A program made the translations under genes and the position numbers. Of a DNA stretch of 64,000 nucleotides, positions 54,663-64,000 are shown one piece after another; positions within the stretch are counted from its first letter, which is position 1; the number at the start of each line of letters is the position of its first letter. The stretch spans positions 64,001-128,000 of IMG/VR virus record IMGVR_UViG_3300009503_000018; one strand, 5' to 3'. The notes beneath the pieces are model-generated. The model saw only the letters and a program-made list of their open reading frames with translations, was not told where the DNA came from and searched no databases. This DNA is from a virus.

Positions 54663-56945
54663 TTACCCAATTCTCCCCGGGAGATTTGCAATGACTCTCC
54701 GCACATAATCAACAGTACTTAATCCAGTCGCCAAATCTCTTGATCGCAAAGCCCGTGCAAGAGGTTTTCCACTATGCCAGACAGAAGCAACATCTTCTAC
54801 GGTCTTATATTGTCTCATGAGTTTTGCCAATTGATAATTAACAATCTGTTCCTGCAAAGCAGGATTATCATAAAACTCTCTCGGAGTAATTGCATATCCC
54901 AGAGCTTCTTTAGACCATTCTGGGATATTGGCTGGCATCACTTGATATCGTCCAAGAGCGCGTTGTCCAAAATATCGTGACGAAGGATCAGTAATTACCG
55001 GTCCAATCGCATGATATCCCCCACGACTTTTGCTTTCTACGGCTGCTAACGCTTCTTTAACACCAAACAGCGCACTCTCATCCACAAACGTCGTTGTTTG
55101 TTCGATGCCGCGTGAAGTAGATTTGGAATATGAAAAAACAGGAGTAGAACGCGATGGGAAAATACCGGGTTTGACCGGTACTTCGGCAGGAGGAGCCTCT
55201 CGAATCGCCGGTACATCAAGACGAGTGGGCGGAAGTGGAGCTGCTTCCGGCCGCGTTGCGGCGGCAGCTTCCCGTGGAGCAAGCAATTGAATCGCTTGAT
55301 CAAACAATATTGATCCCTTTGTCGCTAGATCATCAAAGAATTTTCCATTCGTCAGTTCAGCTAACCCTTCAGCGACAGAAGCCAATTTCTCTTGCACAGC
55401 AAGCATCGCTTTATCTTTTGTCGATAAAGCCCCGGCTGTTAACTGGGCGGCCTGCCGCATAATTTCTTCAGGATTTTTTCCAGCATATTCCGTGCCTCGC
55501 GTCGCTTCTTTGTATGCGGCACTCTGTCCAATTGCCATAAATGCTTCTTGTGGCTTCATCCCTCTTTCGAGGTTTTTTCGAAATTCATCAGCCATTGTCA
55601 TTACGACATATCCGGCCATTCCTCCAAGCCCAAACGCTGCTTCCAACCTCAAGAGCGTCGCCGTTGATTGCTGTTCGACTGTGCCCGGAAAAGAAGCACG
55701 CATCGCTGAGATCCCTTCCAAAATTGACATGAAATACTGCGATGTCAGCGCCTGGTTCGTGGCCATTAACTGCGTCAATGGAATCGTAATTAAAGCAGGA
55801 TCAAGCCTGTTGATCTCCGCTAACCCTTGTGCCGCTGCGAGGATTTGTTGGCCTCGCGGACTTCGGCTCAAGATATCGGAAATCCAAATCCCTTGCGTAA
55901 TATTTTGTCTCATACTCCCTGTTGTACTTGGGGCCATGCGCTGCATGAATTCTCTTACTACACCCCCCATCATTCCTGGTCGAAGCCCCATTTGCCCCAT
56001 CGTATTTACCATGCCGAGGAGCATAGTATTCATTGCTGTTGCTTCGAGCGCCGTCCCTTTTACAGCGCCGGCAACATCCTGATACAATTGTGCGAGCATA
56101 TTCGTGCTCGAAAGGGCAACAGCAAGAGAGCTGTGAGTACGGCGTGCTACGTTGTGCCAATATTCAGTCGCTGAAGAAACACCTTGCAATATTTTCGCCA
56201 CATCTTGCCATGACTCTCCATATTGAGTAATGATCGTTGCATCTAATGCCTCAACAAGCCCAGATTCCAAGTTTAAAACCTTTTCTGCGGCTAAAGCGTA
56301 TCGTGTTGCCTTTTCTCCTGCTTGATCAAACCGAATACCCAAACGTGACAATTCCGCGGCTAATCCGAAGATTTCTTCTTGTGAAGCCCTTGTTGCTCGT
56401 TGAATATCTGTCGAAATTCGTAGTGCTTGTGCTCCAGAACGTGTAAAATCAGTCCGCAACTCATGTCCGGCCGTGAGTACTGGCATCAACCGGGCCCCTA
56501 ACATACGAATCCCTTCCCGCGCCTGAATTCCAGCCACAAATCCCCCACCTAAGAGTGCGCCAAGTTGGCGACCCAGTTCCGGAGATTTTCCGAATTGCTG
56601 TGCTAACCCTTTCCCTAATGCTGCCCCAATCGCTTTTCCCGCTTCAACGCCGAGTCTTCCAAAGCCGCCCTCGCCGACTATTTTGGTCATATCGCGCAAG
56701 ACATTTTCAAACCCACCAACCACACTCCCCATCAATCGAAGGCTTAAAGATTGGAATCGCGTTAGGTTTTTTTCACTTGTTTCTTGATATTTTTTTGTTC
56801 CGGATTCAACGGTTTGAACATAGAGTTTTTGCATTGCGCTCAGAGACCGCAACGCGGATTCTGTATAGATCTGAAAAAGCTCTTGCTGCTTTTTCAGTGT
56901 CTCGGTAAAAATTCGTTGCTGTTGCTCAAGTTCTTCGGCTGTCAT
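54663..56945 (-). CDS. Tape measure protein 1 with C-terminal lytic transglycosylase-like domain
   Basis: Follows the G/GT chaperone; C-terminal ALAAVES..ALGRYQVMP..ASVWHSG..YVRRV. Confidence 0.85.
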   Translation of the reverse strand: MTAEELEQQQRIFTETLKKQQELFQIYTESALRSLSAMQKLYVQTVESGTKKYQETSEKNLTRFQSLSLRLMGSVVGGFENVLRDMTKIVGEGGFGRLGVEAGKAIGAALGKGLAQQFGKSPELGRQLGALLGGGFVAGIQAREGIRMLGARLMPVLTAGHELRTDFTRSGAQALRISTDIQRATRASQEEIFGLAAELSRLGIRFDQAGEKATRYALAAEKVLNLESGLVEALDATIITQYGESWQDVAKILQGVSSATEYWHNVARRTHSSLAVALSSTNMLAQLYQDVAGAVKGTALEATAMNTMLLGMVNTMGQMGLRPGMMGGVVREFMQRMAPSTTGSMRQNITQGIWISDILSRSPRGQQILAAAQGLAEINRLDPALITIPLTQLMATNQALTSQYFMSILEGISAMRASFPGTVEQQSTATLLRLEAAFGLGGMAGYVVMTMADEFRKNLERGMKPQEAFMAIGQSAAYKEATRGTEYAGKNPEEIMRQAAQLTAGALSTKDKAMLAVQEKLASVAEGLAELTNGKFFDDLATKGSILFDQAIQLLAPREAAAATRPEAAPLPPTRLDVPAIREAPPAEVPVKPGIFPSRSTPVFSYSKSTSRGIEQTTTFVDESALFGVKEALAAVESKSRGGYHAIGPVITDPSSRYFGQRALGRYQVMPANIPEWSKEALGYAITPREFYDNPALQEQIVNYQLAKLMRQYKTVEDVASVWHSGKPLARALRSRDLATGLSTVDYVRRVIANLPGRIG

Positions 56946-57499
56946 CGAACAATCTTAATTCGGCGCTTTTTTTGTGCTTCAGCTTTTTCTGCTATGGCAT
57001 CAACTTTTTTCAAAATTTGAGGCTCATTTTGAGGTTGCTGGTCTGGATTTCTTTCTAAGCGCATTTTCTTCGCCTTTACCTTTTCTTCCGCCTGTGCAAC
57101 AACACTATCAATTTCGGTCAGCAACCCCTCTTTTTCGAGCATTTCTGCTTGGCGTTCATAAATACTTTCATCAACGCTTGATTCTTCTACACGAACATGT
57201 GTGTTCGCCAATTTTGAATATGCTTCGGGATTTAAGACTGCCGAAAGCGGGATCGCGTGAACAGGATCATCCGCATTAATTGGCGATTCAGGCGATTCAG
57301 AGAACATAGATAAATCCGTCCCAACAAATCGAGCCCAACGGCGCATTTCCCTCCGTTCCCGGCTAATTTGCATTTGGTGTGCCATGATCCACCGCGCTGT
57401 ATTCATCTTTCCGAGCCGAGGATCGGTAGGAGGAATATTCCAATCCGCCAATACCCTTTGCTTCAGCGCGAGAAAAGGGTATTGGCTTAGGAGTTTTTT
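56942..57499 (-). CDS. Tail assembly chaperone, T segment read through a -1 frameshift (GT)
   Basis: The -1 frame is open from the slippery site: KLLSQYPFLALKQRVLADWNIPPTDPRL..; the track's TTG start at 57451 is in this frame. Confidence 0.75.
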   Translation of the reverse strand, partial: KKLLSQYPFLALKQRVLADWNIPPTDPRLGKMNTARWIMAHQMQISRERREMRRWARFVGTDLSMFSESPESPINADDPVHAIPLSAVLNPEAYSKLANTHVRVEESSVDESIYERQAEMLEKEGLLTEIDSVVAQAEEKVKAKKMRLERNPDQQPQNEPQILKKVDAIAEKAEAQKKRRIKIVR

Positions 57500-57945
57500 A
57501 TGTCTTCCTCCGAAACGATCCGGGTCGGCAATTCAACTTCCTTTTGAAACAGATCGTACAATTCTTCCAAATATTCCCGAGGCAGCTTCGAGTACACTTT
57601 AGTGTGCAAATTATATGCAATTAGGTATTTTGAATTTGATGCAATAAATTCTCGTGCTGACAATGGAATCCCTTCGCCCACTTCGTCCAAACCCGGAATC
57701 TGTTCGACCGGAACTCCATCAATGGCGACTGTCGCAACCGCCAACGTGGGCGATCGTTGAGAAGACAACATGACCATTGGACCATTCATATTAATGAACT
57801 GGTCTCTCCAGGTATAATCTTCATCGAACAACGACCGAAACGTATATGTCTTTCCACGACACGTAACCGTTTTTGTGACTTTCCCCTTTTCGATCAAATC
57901 ATACAGATCATCAAGGGGGTTAATTGCCGACTTCGGTATGCTCAT
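57487..57945 (-). CDS. Tail assembly chaperone G
   Basis: Lies between tube and tape measure; GGAGG SD; ends ATA AAA AAC TCC TAA. Confidence 0.8.
   Translation of the reverse strand: MSIPKSAINPLDDLYDLIEKGKVTKTVTCRGKTYTFRSLFDEDYTWRDQFINMNGPMVMLSSQRSPTLAVATVAIDGVPVEQIPGLDEVGEGIPLSAREFIASNSKYLIAYNLHTKVYSKLPREYLEELYDLFQKEVELPTRIVSEEDIKNS
57493..57499 (-). promoter_or_regulatory. -1 programmed ribosomal frameshift site A AAA AAC
   Basis: X XXY YYZ heptamer in the correct frame, just before the G stop codon. Confidence 0.8.
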
Positions 57946-57955
57946 AACACCTCCA

Positions 57956-57992
57956 AAAAATTAAAAATACACAAAACCCCAAAGGGTTTTGT
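57956..57992 (-). terminator. Intrinsic terminator after the tail tube gene
   Basis: ACAAAACCC-4 nt-GGGTTTTGT perfect 9-bp stem followed by a T-rich tract on the minus strand. Confidence 0.7.
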
Positions 57993-58067
57993 CTTATTAT
58001 ATTCTTGAAAAAGGAAAAGATATAGATAAAGGAAGGAAAGGAAACGACTTTTAACTACACATATCAA

Positions 58068-58523
58068 TTACAGATTGAGAATATCGGTAACTTCGAGGGT
58101 TGCGTCTGCTCGGATCACACGCTCTCCAGTCGCGCTGTACTCTCGACCAATAGAACTAAACCAACACCCTTGATAGATTGTTCCAATAATCAAACCGCTT
58201 GGAAGTTGCCAAATCTCCTGCACATCAAATGGGTTAGTATGATCGGCAAGATGAATCGCACTTGCTGGGAATCCAAATGCTTCGTGCATACGCTTGGTAA
58301 ATAGATCATACCGAGCAACATCAATTTGAAGCTGAGTCACGTTCCCGGGAACAATATCAATACGCCGACCTGAAGTCAACGAATTCAATTCGTAAATCGG
58401 CGTCATATCCCGCTGTTGACGCGGTGCCCATCGTTGGATGATACCGATCGTTACACCTCGAAAACGGATCGAGATGATGTGCTGACTAGCAACTCGTGTA
58501 TTGGGAATAGCCATATTAAGCAA
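58068..58523 (-). CDS. Tail tube protein (gp19-like)
   Basis: IGIIQRW..IYEL..DIVPG..FDVQEIW..IYQGCWFSSIGREYSA; follows the sheath. Confidence 0.85.
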   Translation of the reverse strand: MLNMAIPNTRVASQHIISIRFRGVTIGIIQRWAPRQQRDMTPIYELNSLTSGRRIDIVPGNVTQLQIDVARYDLFTKRMHEAFGFPASAIHLADHTNPFDVQEIWQLPSGLIIGTIYQGCWFSSIGREYSATGERVIRADATLEVTDILNL

Positions 58524-58543
58524 TCCTCTTCATTAACTTATAT

Positions 58544-60553
58544 TTAGGCACCTGACGGCACAGCCACACTATATGTTCCAAATAGTCTCTTCGCAATAAA
58601 CTTCACAAAGAAGAAAAATCGGAAGTCATACGTTGTCGGATCACTCTTGCGCTGTTGGACGATAATATCCGTAGCCAAGTCAATATTACGGATTGATCCA
58701 TCGTTGTTTTGAAATGGCGCAATCGCCCCATCGGCAATTGCTGCATTCAACTGTGTCGCGATTTGCGACTTAACTTCAAAGACGAACTGCGCCAAATCAT
58801 CGGGTACAAGTCCTACGATTGTCGCATCGAGCTGGTTCCGAACACGCTTGACAATATTGTCTTTTTGTGCCATGACGTTAATTTCACGGAATTCCGCGCT
58901 CGACTGATCCGTAGTTACCGGATCAAATAGCAAGAAACGCCCGCCCTTCGTATCCACCAAGTTCACCCCATTCGAAGCCATAAAATCGCGATCGCCTTTA
59001 TTCATAATCTCGACGGCGTCGAAGCCCACCAGCTCTTTGCGCAATAGCCCTTCAGCCGGGCTCAAGAAACTAGCCTGCAATGCAGCGACCGCCGTAGCAA
59101 GATAGGTGCTATCCAACTTGAGTTGCTTTGCTGATCCGTCTGGGAACCGGAACGTCTTCTGCACAAACGACGGTCCCGTGAGCACAAACCGACCCCGACC
59201 CGGACTGTCGGCAGCAACCTGCAATTCCTGCGTGGCGACAAAGACGAACGTCCCAGCCGTCTCTCCATCTCCAGCAACAGTTCCAACGGGCATGCCAAAC
59301 CAGCCCATACGTTCCGCCTTATTAATCAAGCTCGACTGTTGGATTACATGGTCCCGCAATGCAGCACGAACCAATGGTTTCACTCCGCCCGCATTAAGCG
59401 TAGGATGCCCGAGTACAACAATATCTGTCAGATCAGGATTTAATTCGGCGCCTTTAATCGCGGTAATATAGTCAATATCTTGAGCTGCCTGTCCCGTTCC
59501 GGTATTCTGAACCTGAATATGATAGAGAAACGGTGGCTGCTGCTCAAAGGCGATTTGTCCCGCCAATGCAAGCGCATTCGTTGACGAAATCGGTCCGACT
59601 TTTGCAATAAACTGATCAAAACTGGTACTCAAAATGGGCGTATTGAAATCCGTCGCAGGACGGTTTGCATGATACGTAACAAAATACGTCGCTCCCTGTG
59701 CTGGATTCTTGCCAGCGCCTTGAGCAAATTGTCCACTCAAGAAACCAAGAATGGAATTCGAAGTCCCGGCGCCGACTTGAATTGTGGCACTATTTCCAAC
59801 CGCCGTTGTTTTCAACACCACATGTCCACCTGAAGCGAATGCCGCCATGCCGGTAATATTGGTATTCAAAACCGTAACAACTTCTGCCGCCGTCGCAGCA
59901 TTGGGATTTGCAAAGTTCCCATTTGAGAACGTAACGGACTGTTCAATGCCACCATTCAACGTTACGTTGAATGTCTGTCCTACTAATCCACTAAACGTTT
60001 CGGTCGTGGATCCCGTAATGGTCGGCGCAGTCGGGCTCAGCCACGCAACCCCAGAACTCACCAAAACATAATCTGTCCCAGACACGAAATCACTCGTACC
60101 CGGAAAGGATCCAACACGGACAATCGCTCCACATGGCACATTCACATCAAACGCCAACTCGTCGACCGTTTGTGTCGCCGTCGTAGCTTGATAGGAGAAC
60201 GTGTATGTCGCGGTCGGATCAAAAAACGCTGCCGCAATCTGAATGGTCGTTGCGTTTACAACAGAAAAAGCGTCGGCAACTTGCTGATCTCCATTTTTGA
60301 ACAAAAACATGGAGCTTTTCTTGCCGTCGCTGGTTTTGGACAAAGTAAATTGCAGTGTGCTCGGATTGACGGTAACGGCTTCCTGATTAATATAGGCTCG
60401 AACAACACTTTCATCGGTCACGAGTTTGCACGGATCACCTTCGCCGATCAGCACGAGCTGCCGGGGGAGACCAATAAATGCCGGAATAGGCTGAACGACC
60501 TCTTCCTGAATATATACCCCAGGCGGAACATACCGTGATACGCGAATTGCCAT
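58544..60553 (-). CDS. Tail sheath protein
   Basis: YVPPGVYIQEE start; C-terminal GVNLV..DPVTTD..EINVMAQKD..F.FFVKF. Confidence 0.92.
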   Translation of the reverse strand: MAIRVSRYVPPGVYIQEEVVQPIPAFIGLPRQLVLIGEGDPCKLVTDESVVRAYINQEAVTVNPSTLQFTLSKTSDGKKSSMFLFKNGDQQVADAFSVVNATTIQIAAAFFDPTATYTFSYQATTATQTVDELAFDVNVPCGAIVRVGSFPGTSDFVSGTDYVLVSSGVAWLSPTAPTITGSTTETFSGLVGQTFNVTLNGGIEQSVTFSNGNFANPNAATAAEVVTVLNTNITGMAAFASGGHVVLKTTAVGNSATIQVGAGTSNSILGFLSGQFAQGAGKNPAQGATYFVTYHANRPATDFNTPILSTSFDQFIAKVGPISSTNALALAGQIAFEQQPPFLYHIQVQNTGTGQAAQDIDYITAIKGAELNPDLTDIVVLGHPTLNAGGVKPLVRAALRDHVIQQSSLINKAERMGWFGMPVGTVAGDGETAGTFVFVATQELQVAADSPGRGRFVLTGPSFVQKTFRFPDGSAKQLKLDSTYLATAVAALQASFLSPAEGLLRKELVGFDAVEIMNKGDRDFMASNGVNLVDTKGGRFLLFDPVTTDQSSAEFREINVMAQKDNIVKRVRNQLDATIVGLVPDDLAQFVFEVKSQIATQLNAAIADGAIAPFQNNDGSIRNIDLATDIIVQQRKSDPTTYDFRFFFFVKFIAKRLFGTYSVAVPSGA

Positions 60554-60667
60554 TCAGAAATCCTCCTAAGTTACCGTCCTACCCCACCTCGTTAAAAAAG
60601 GGTTCCCTTCCTCAAATACAACTGTTTCTCATTGTCTTTTCGTGCGTTTTTTCATTAAAGCGTTAAA

Positions 60668-62140
60668 CTACCCAACTTTCGCGGGGTTAGTCAATAAATT
60701 ACCAATTTCTTGAATAACGTCGGGATCATCAATAAATACAGCGCCCGGGTCCCCAGCCGTATCGGGATTTTCACGGAATCCGACACTTTCGCCGACCGAA
60801 GTTAAAAAGGCGTTTGTATTATCAAAAATCTCTAAGCGTTTTTGTAGAGCCCCATAATCACTCGATTCACAATGCGAAATATAGCCCCGCAAGCGAATTC
60901 TTGACCTTTGCGGGTCCACTTTCCATTCAAATTGTGCGGACAAATTCACCCCAATGGGAATATTGACGCGCGACCCTTCTCCTAAAACCGTTACTGGACC
61001 AGTAGACACATTCCCCTTAATAATGGCCAATCTCGCTGGAGATCCGGGTCGGACGAGCAGTTGATAACAATCACTTTCAAGCGGGTTTCTTCCCTGTTGC
61101 ATAGCACAGATTACTAAAGCCGAATTTCCATTCGAAAATCGGAACTTCGTTCGCAATCTTCCAGAGACAATACCGGGACTGTTTTTATTGACTAAAACTC
61201 CAGCCTCACTACCATCAGAAAGACTCTTAAAGGCGACAAGACCATTCCCGCTAATTCCACTTATTGATGTCATCAGTGTTGTGTCGATTTGTCGTACTAT
61301 AGCGCTCGGATTTACTACGATATCCCATTTTTGAGTATTAATTCCATTCACAAACCCGATACCACTATTAATTTCAAAATTATCGGAATTGGCAAATTGC
61401 CATTGACGAGGCTCATCAAGAGGCACAATATCAAATCGTGCAAGGAAATTTGCATCATCTTCAAGGTGGAAAGTGGGGTTAAAGCACACGGAAACATCAA
61501 ATGCTTCGCGGTCGGCATAATCCAGGAACAAAATCGGGACGGTGATCCTATTAAAATAAATCATTTCGAATGCTTCGCCGTCAGGACGCGCCTGTTGCGT
61601 CTCGCCTTGAATCACCGCTTCAGATTTTAAAATTAATTGGTAATTATTCGGGACTCCAGAAAATGGGTCAATATTCGTGTCGCCGAGAAAAGCGTACTCT
61701 GTTTCCTCTGCATATGTGGTAAAAAATGTATGCACAATATCGGTCAACTCGGAACGAATATTCGTATCCGTCGTGGAAATTTCAATAACCACCGTCATGT
61801 CGCCGCCGACAATTTCGCGAATCATCGGCTTTCCTGTAACGGGATCATGATATGTGTGAATCACTTGACGCCCAATCCCCATCTTTTTTTCCGTTCCAGG
61901 AGCGGACATAACGGCGACCGTCGGAATGCGCTGGTTCGCGTGCGGCATGGCTTGAATCACTTGCACAAACGATTCCGCCGACGTTTGCCCAGCCAAACCG
62001 AACTTTTCAATCAACGGTTGCTCTTTGAGAGCGTTCGTCGAAGCGCTCGCCAACAACAGCGAAAAATGCGCCCGTAACTGCTGAACAATGATATCCTTCG
62101 CTCGACCAGTCCACGCCGCGAATCCAGATATTGTCGCCAT
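60668..62140 (-). CDS. Putative tail terminator/neck protein fused to a C-terminal lectin-like beta-sandwich
   Basis: Directly upstream of the sheath; N-half ..RIPTVAVM..GGDMTVVIEIST..RSELTD; beta-rich C-half. Confidence 0.45.
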   Translation of the reverse strand: MATISGFAAWTGRAKDIIVQQLRAHFSLLLASASTNALKEQPLIEKFGLAGQTSAESFVQVIQAMPHANQRIPTVAVMSAPGTEKKMGIGRQVIHTYHDPVTGKPMIREIVGGDMTVVIEISTTDTNIRSELTDIVHTFFTTYAEETEYAFLGDTNIDPFSGVPNNYQLILKSEAVIQGETQQARPDGEAFEMIYFNRITVPILFLDYADREAFDVSVCFNPTFHLEDDANFLARFDIVPLDEPRQWQFANSDNFEINSGIGFVNGINTQKWDIVVNPSAIVRQIDTTLMTSISGISGNGLVAFKSLSDGSEAGVLVNKNSPGIVSGRLRTKFRFSNGNSALVICAMQQGRNPLESDCYQLLVRPGSPARLAIIKGNVSTGPVTVLGEGSRVNIPIGVNLSAQFEWKVDPQRSRIRLRGYISHCESSDYGALQKRLEIFDNTNAFLTSVGESVGFRENPDTAGDPGAVFIDDPDVIQEIGNLLTNPAKVG

Positions 62141-63222
62141 TAGAAAATCGCATTCCCCGGTTCGTCGATTTGTAGAAGACGGATATTAAAACGTTGAGAC
62201 AAGAATTTCCCTTGCGGCTCAACATACGTCACATTCGTCGGCTTAAACCGTCCTGAGACCGGAAATTCCTCACTGGCCGGGTCTTCTTTTTGATACTGCC
62301 CCTGAATCAATTCAAAAACATCGTTTTCCTGCACGAAAATTTTGTCCCCTCCTGGAATTCCAAGTGATGGTGTGGTCCACCACGTAATCCCAGGAGCCCC
62401 AATACGAACACCAAAACTTTCAAGAACACGCTGTTCGGGAAATGTTTTCTTGCTAATAAGAACGATGGGGTTTTTTTGCATTTGAAATCGAACACGTAGA
62501 ATTTGAAAAAATGGGCTTGGATCAGTGGCTTTTGCCCGCGTCAGTGTCACACGGAATTGTACATTAAATGCCGGATTGTTAAAACACGAATTATCAGAAA
62601 TATTTCTCCACGTAGTCCCACCATCCGTTGTAAATTCGACCAAAATATTGTTCTGTGTCAACTGCCGTAATCCATCGAATCCATCCAAACGGAAACCAGA
62701 AAAAGCAAAATTATTAGTAATTTGAAATACAGGAGACATAATAATGCCGGTAGTTGCCCCCTCAGCGATCACGGCATGATCAGGAAATTTTTTTAGAAGC
62801 GTAATATTCGTCAAAGTTGGCGGATCAACGACAAGAGCGCCCATTCGTCCTTCTCGTCGGACTCCTCCAATTGACGCCGAATCTCCCGTGAAATAAATCG
62901 TCTGAAAACCAAAGCGCTCATATCCTCCAGTAAACAATGCTCCGTAGCAACTAGGACACCGTTGGTTGACTTGACCGGTTTCTTCTTTAATACATGTACA
63001 TCGAGCACCAAAATTTAGTTGCTGAAACAGATGGGCCTGAATAGCCCCTGTTTTGAGCAATTCATCTTGGCGAAGGATCAACCGTTCCCACAAATCAGCT
63101 TCGCCGAGTCCCCAGTCATTAATTACCTCGCTCATGGTCGTCCACACATCATTCGTTGGAGACACGCGAGGAGACTGAACCGACTCGTTCGGGCTTAGTT
63201 GACCCGTCAAACGCGTACCCAT
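62140..63222 (-). CDS. Putative neck/head-closure protein
   Basis: CTC..CPSCYGALFTGGY motif; first gene of the tail module. Confidence 0.5.
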   Translation of the reverse strand: MGTRLTGQLSPNESVQSPRVSPTNDVWTTMSEVINDWGLGEADLWERLILRQDELLKTGAIQAHLFQQLNFGARCTCIKEETGQVNQRCPSCYGALFTGGYERFGFQTIYFTGDSASIGGVRREGRMGALVVDPPTLTNITLLKKFPDHAVIAEGATTGIIMSPVFQITNNFAFSGFRLDGFDGLRQLTQNNILVEFTTDGGTTWRNISDNSCFNNPAFNVQFRVTLTRAKATDPSPFFQILRVRFQMQKNPIVLISKKTFPEQRVLESFGVRIGAPGITWWTTPSLGIPGGDKIFVQENDVFELIQGQYQKEDPASEEFPVSGRFKPTNVTYVEPQGKFLSQRFNIRLLQIDEPGNAIF

Positions 63223-63229
63223 AATGAAA

Positions 63230-63259
63230 AATCCCCTAGAATAGCAGCTCTAGAGGATT
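63230..63259 (-). terminator. Hairpin/terminator overlapping the RBS of the first tail-module gene
   Basis: AATCCTCTAGA-8 nt-TCTAGGGGATT (one G-U pair) followed by TTTC; ATG 8 nt downstream. Confidence 0.55.
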
Positions 63260-63310
63260 TAACTATTTTGGGGAATTGTAAAGAGAGAAATATGTTTTTG
63301 CAAATCGGAC

Positions 63311-64000
63311 CTAACGTAATCGTGTCGAGGCAAGGCTCTGCCCATCATTTGACCATGCGCCACACTTCTGGCATTGGAATCGGTGATATTTCCGGACTCG
63401 GGTCACGTGATATCCGCGCCGTTGGACCTTGTCGCTTCCACAAACGGGACATGCGATGAGTTTTCCTTCGAGAATACCCATTCCTGGATGACTCGTCATT
63501 AACGGTTTGATTCGATTATACACCTGTTCCAGCACCCGCACATCTTGCAGACAATGGTCAACGACGTACTTCACACTGGGTTTATGTCCGGCGGCAGCGC
63601 GAATCCAAATAGGACCGGTTAATGGCGTTTTCTCTTCGAGTTCTAAAAATCCGGTCACAGACGCCAAACGATTACTATTCAAGCGCATCTTATATTTCGC
63701 AATACGCCACCCATCCACGTGCGGAACGGGGGGTAAAATAGGAAGTTTGTGATACACCAAACGCGATTGAATATACGGAACATCAAATCGCGAACCATAC
63801 CACGTTATCCACATATCTGCCGCACTCAAGACTTCGCCGGCCGCTTTGACGATATAATAATCGTTGGTCGGATCTTTACGGAATGCGGGAAAATCCGTAA
63901 TGCTAATGACATGGGTCTTGGGATCTCCTAGGTACTTGTACCCAAGACAAAGCATATACCCAAAATTCGCATTCAGGTTGGTACACTCAATATCCCACAA
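63311..64000 (-). CDS. RNase H-like (YprB/RNase_H_2-type) exonuclease with C-terminal zinc ribbon; 5' end probably outside the window
   Basis: WDIEC, TWYGSRFDVPYI, VDGW, CLQDV acidic motifs; CPVC..CQKC. Confidence 0.8.
   Translation of the reverse strand: MWDIECTNLNANFGYMLCLGYKYLGDPKTHVISITDFPAFRKDPTNDYYIVKAAGEVLSAADMWITWYGSRFDVPYIQSRLVYHKLPILPPVPHVDGWRIAKYKMRLNSNRLASVTGFLELEEKTPLTGPIWIRAAAGHKPSVKYVVDHCLQDVRVLEQVYNRIKPLMTSHPGMGILEGKLIACPVCGSDKVQRRGYHVTRVRKYHRFQCQKCGAWSNDGQSLASTRLR

Noticed and set aside
58005-58045. Purine/pyrimidine-biased tract as a repeat or ncRNA
   Set aside because: Short low-complexity spacer with no periodicity or structure I can support.
33926-63222. Extracellular contractile injection system or T6SS rather than a phage tail
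   Set aside because: It is embedded among phage replication genes and has a G/GT chaperone, a tape measure with lysin, a neck gene and an endolysin. Head genes are absent from the window but probably lie elsewhere.
1-64000. Stop-codon reassignment (seen in some large phages)
   Set aside because: Conserved genes are full length in code 11 and terminate with TAA, TAG and TGA.

Overview
A 64 kb segment of a large lytic myovirus-type (contractile-tailed) bacteriophage. It uses the standard genetic code and lies almost entirely on the minus strand. From the right end: an RNase H-like exonuclease, then a tail module (neck, sheath, tube, G/GT chaperone with a -1 slippery site, two paralogous tape-measure genes, hub, spike, PAAR, gp25, baseplate J, large wedge/fibre proteins) and an M15 endolysin. 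Next come a short plus-strand island (ATP-dependent ligase, two WGR-like proteins, HExxH protease, SLOG-like protein) and a MoxR-like AAA plus metallopeptidase-VWA pair. A recombination/nucleotide block follows (SSB, RecA, purine PRT, IMPDH/GMPR, SbcD, SbcC, dCMP deaminase, endonuclease VII, NDT-like), then a sigma-like fusion protein, many small Zn-binding ORFs, a glycosyltransferase, PolA, a SNF2 helicase, class II RNR, and a Prim-Pol primase missing from the ORF track. No capsid, portal, terminase, tRNA gene, CRISPR array or tnpA is visible. The most notable signal is a TnpB system. A tnpB with intact catalytic motifs sits at the sbcC start codon inside a 12-bp direct repeat. About 6-7 kb away are two tandem orphan copies of its omegaRNA/right-end scaffold, each followed by a different potential guide; one copy shows compensatory stem substitutions. 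All functional calls are motif recognition by eye; no database searches were run.
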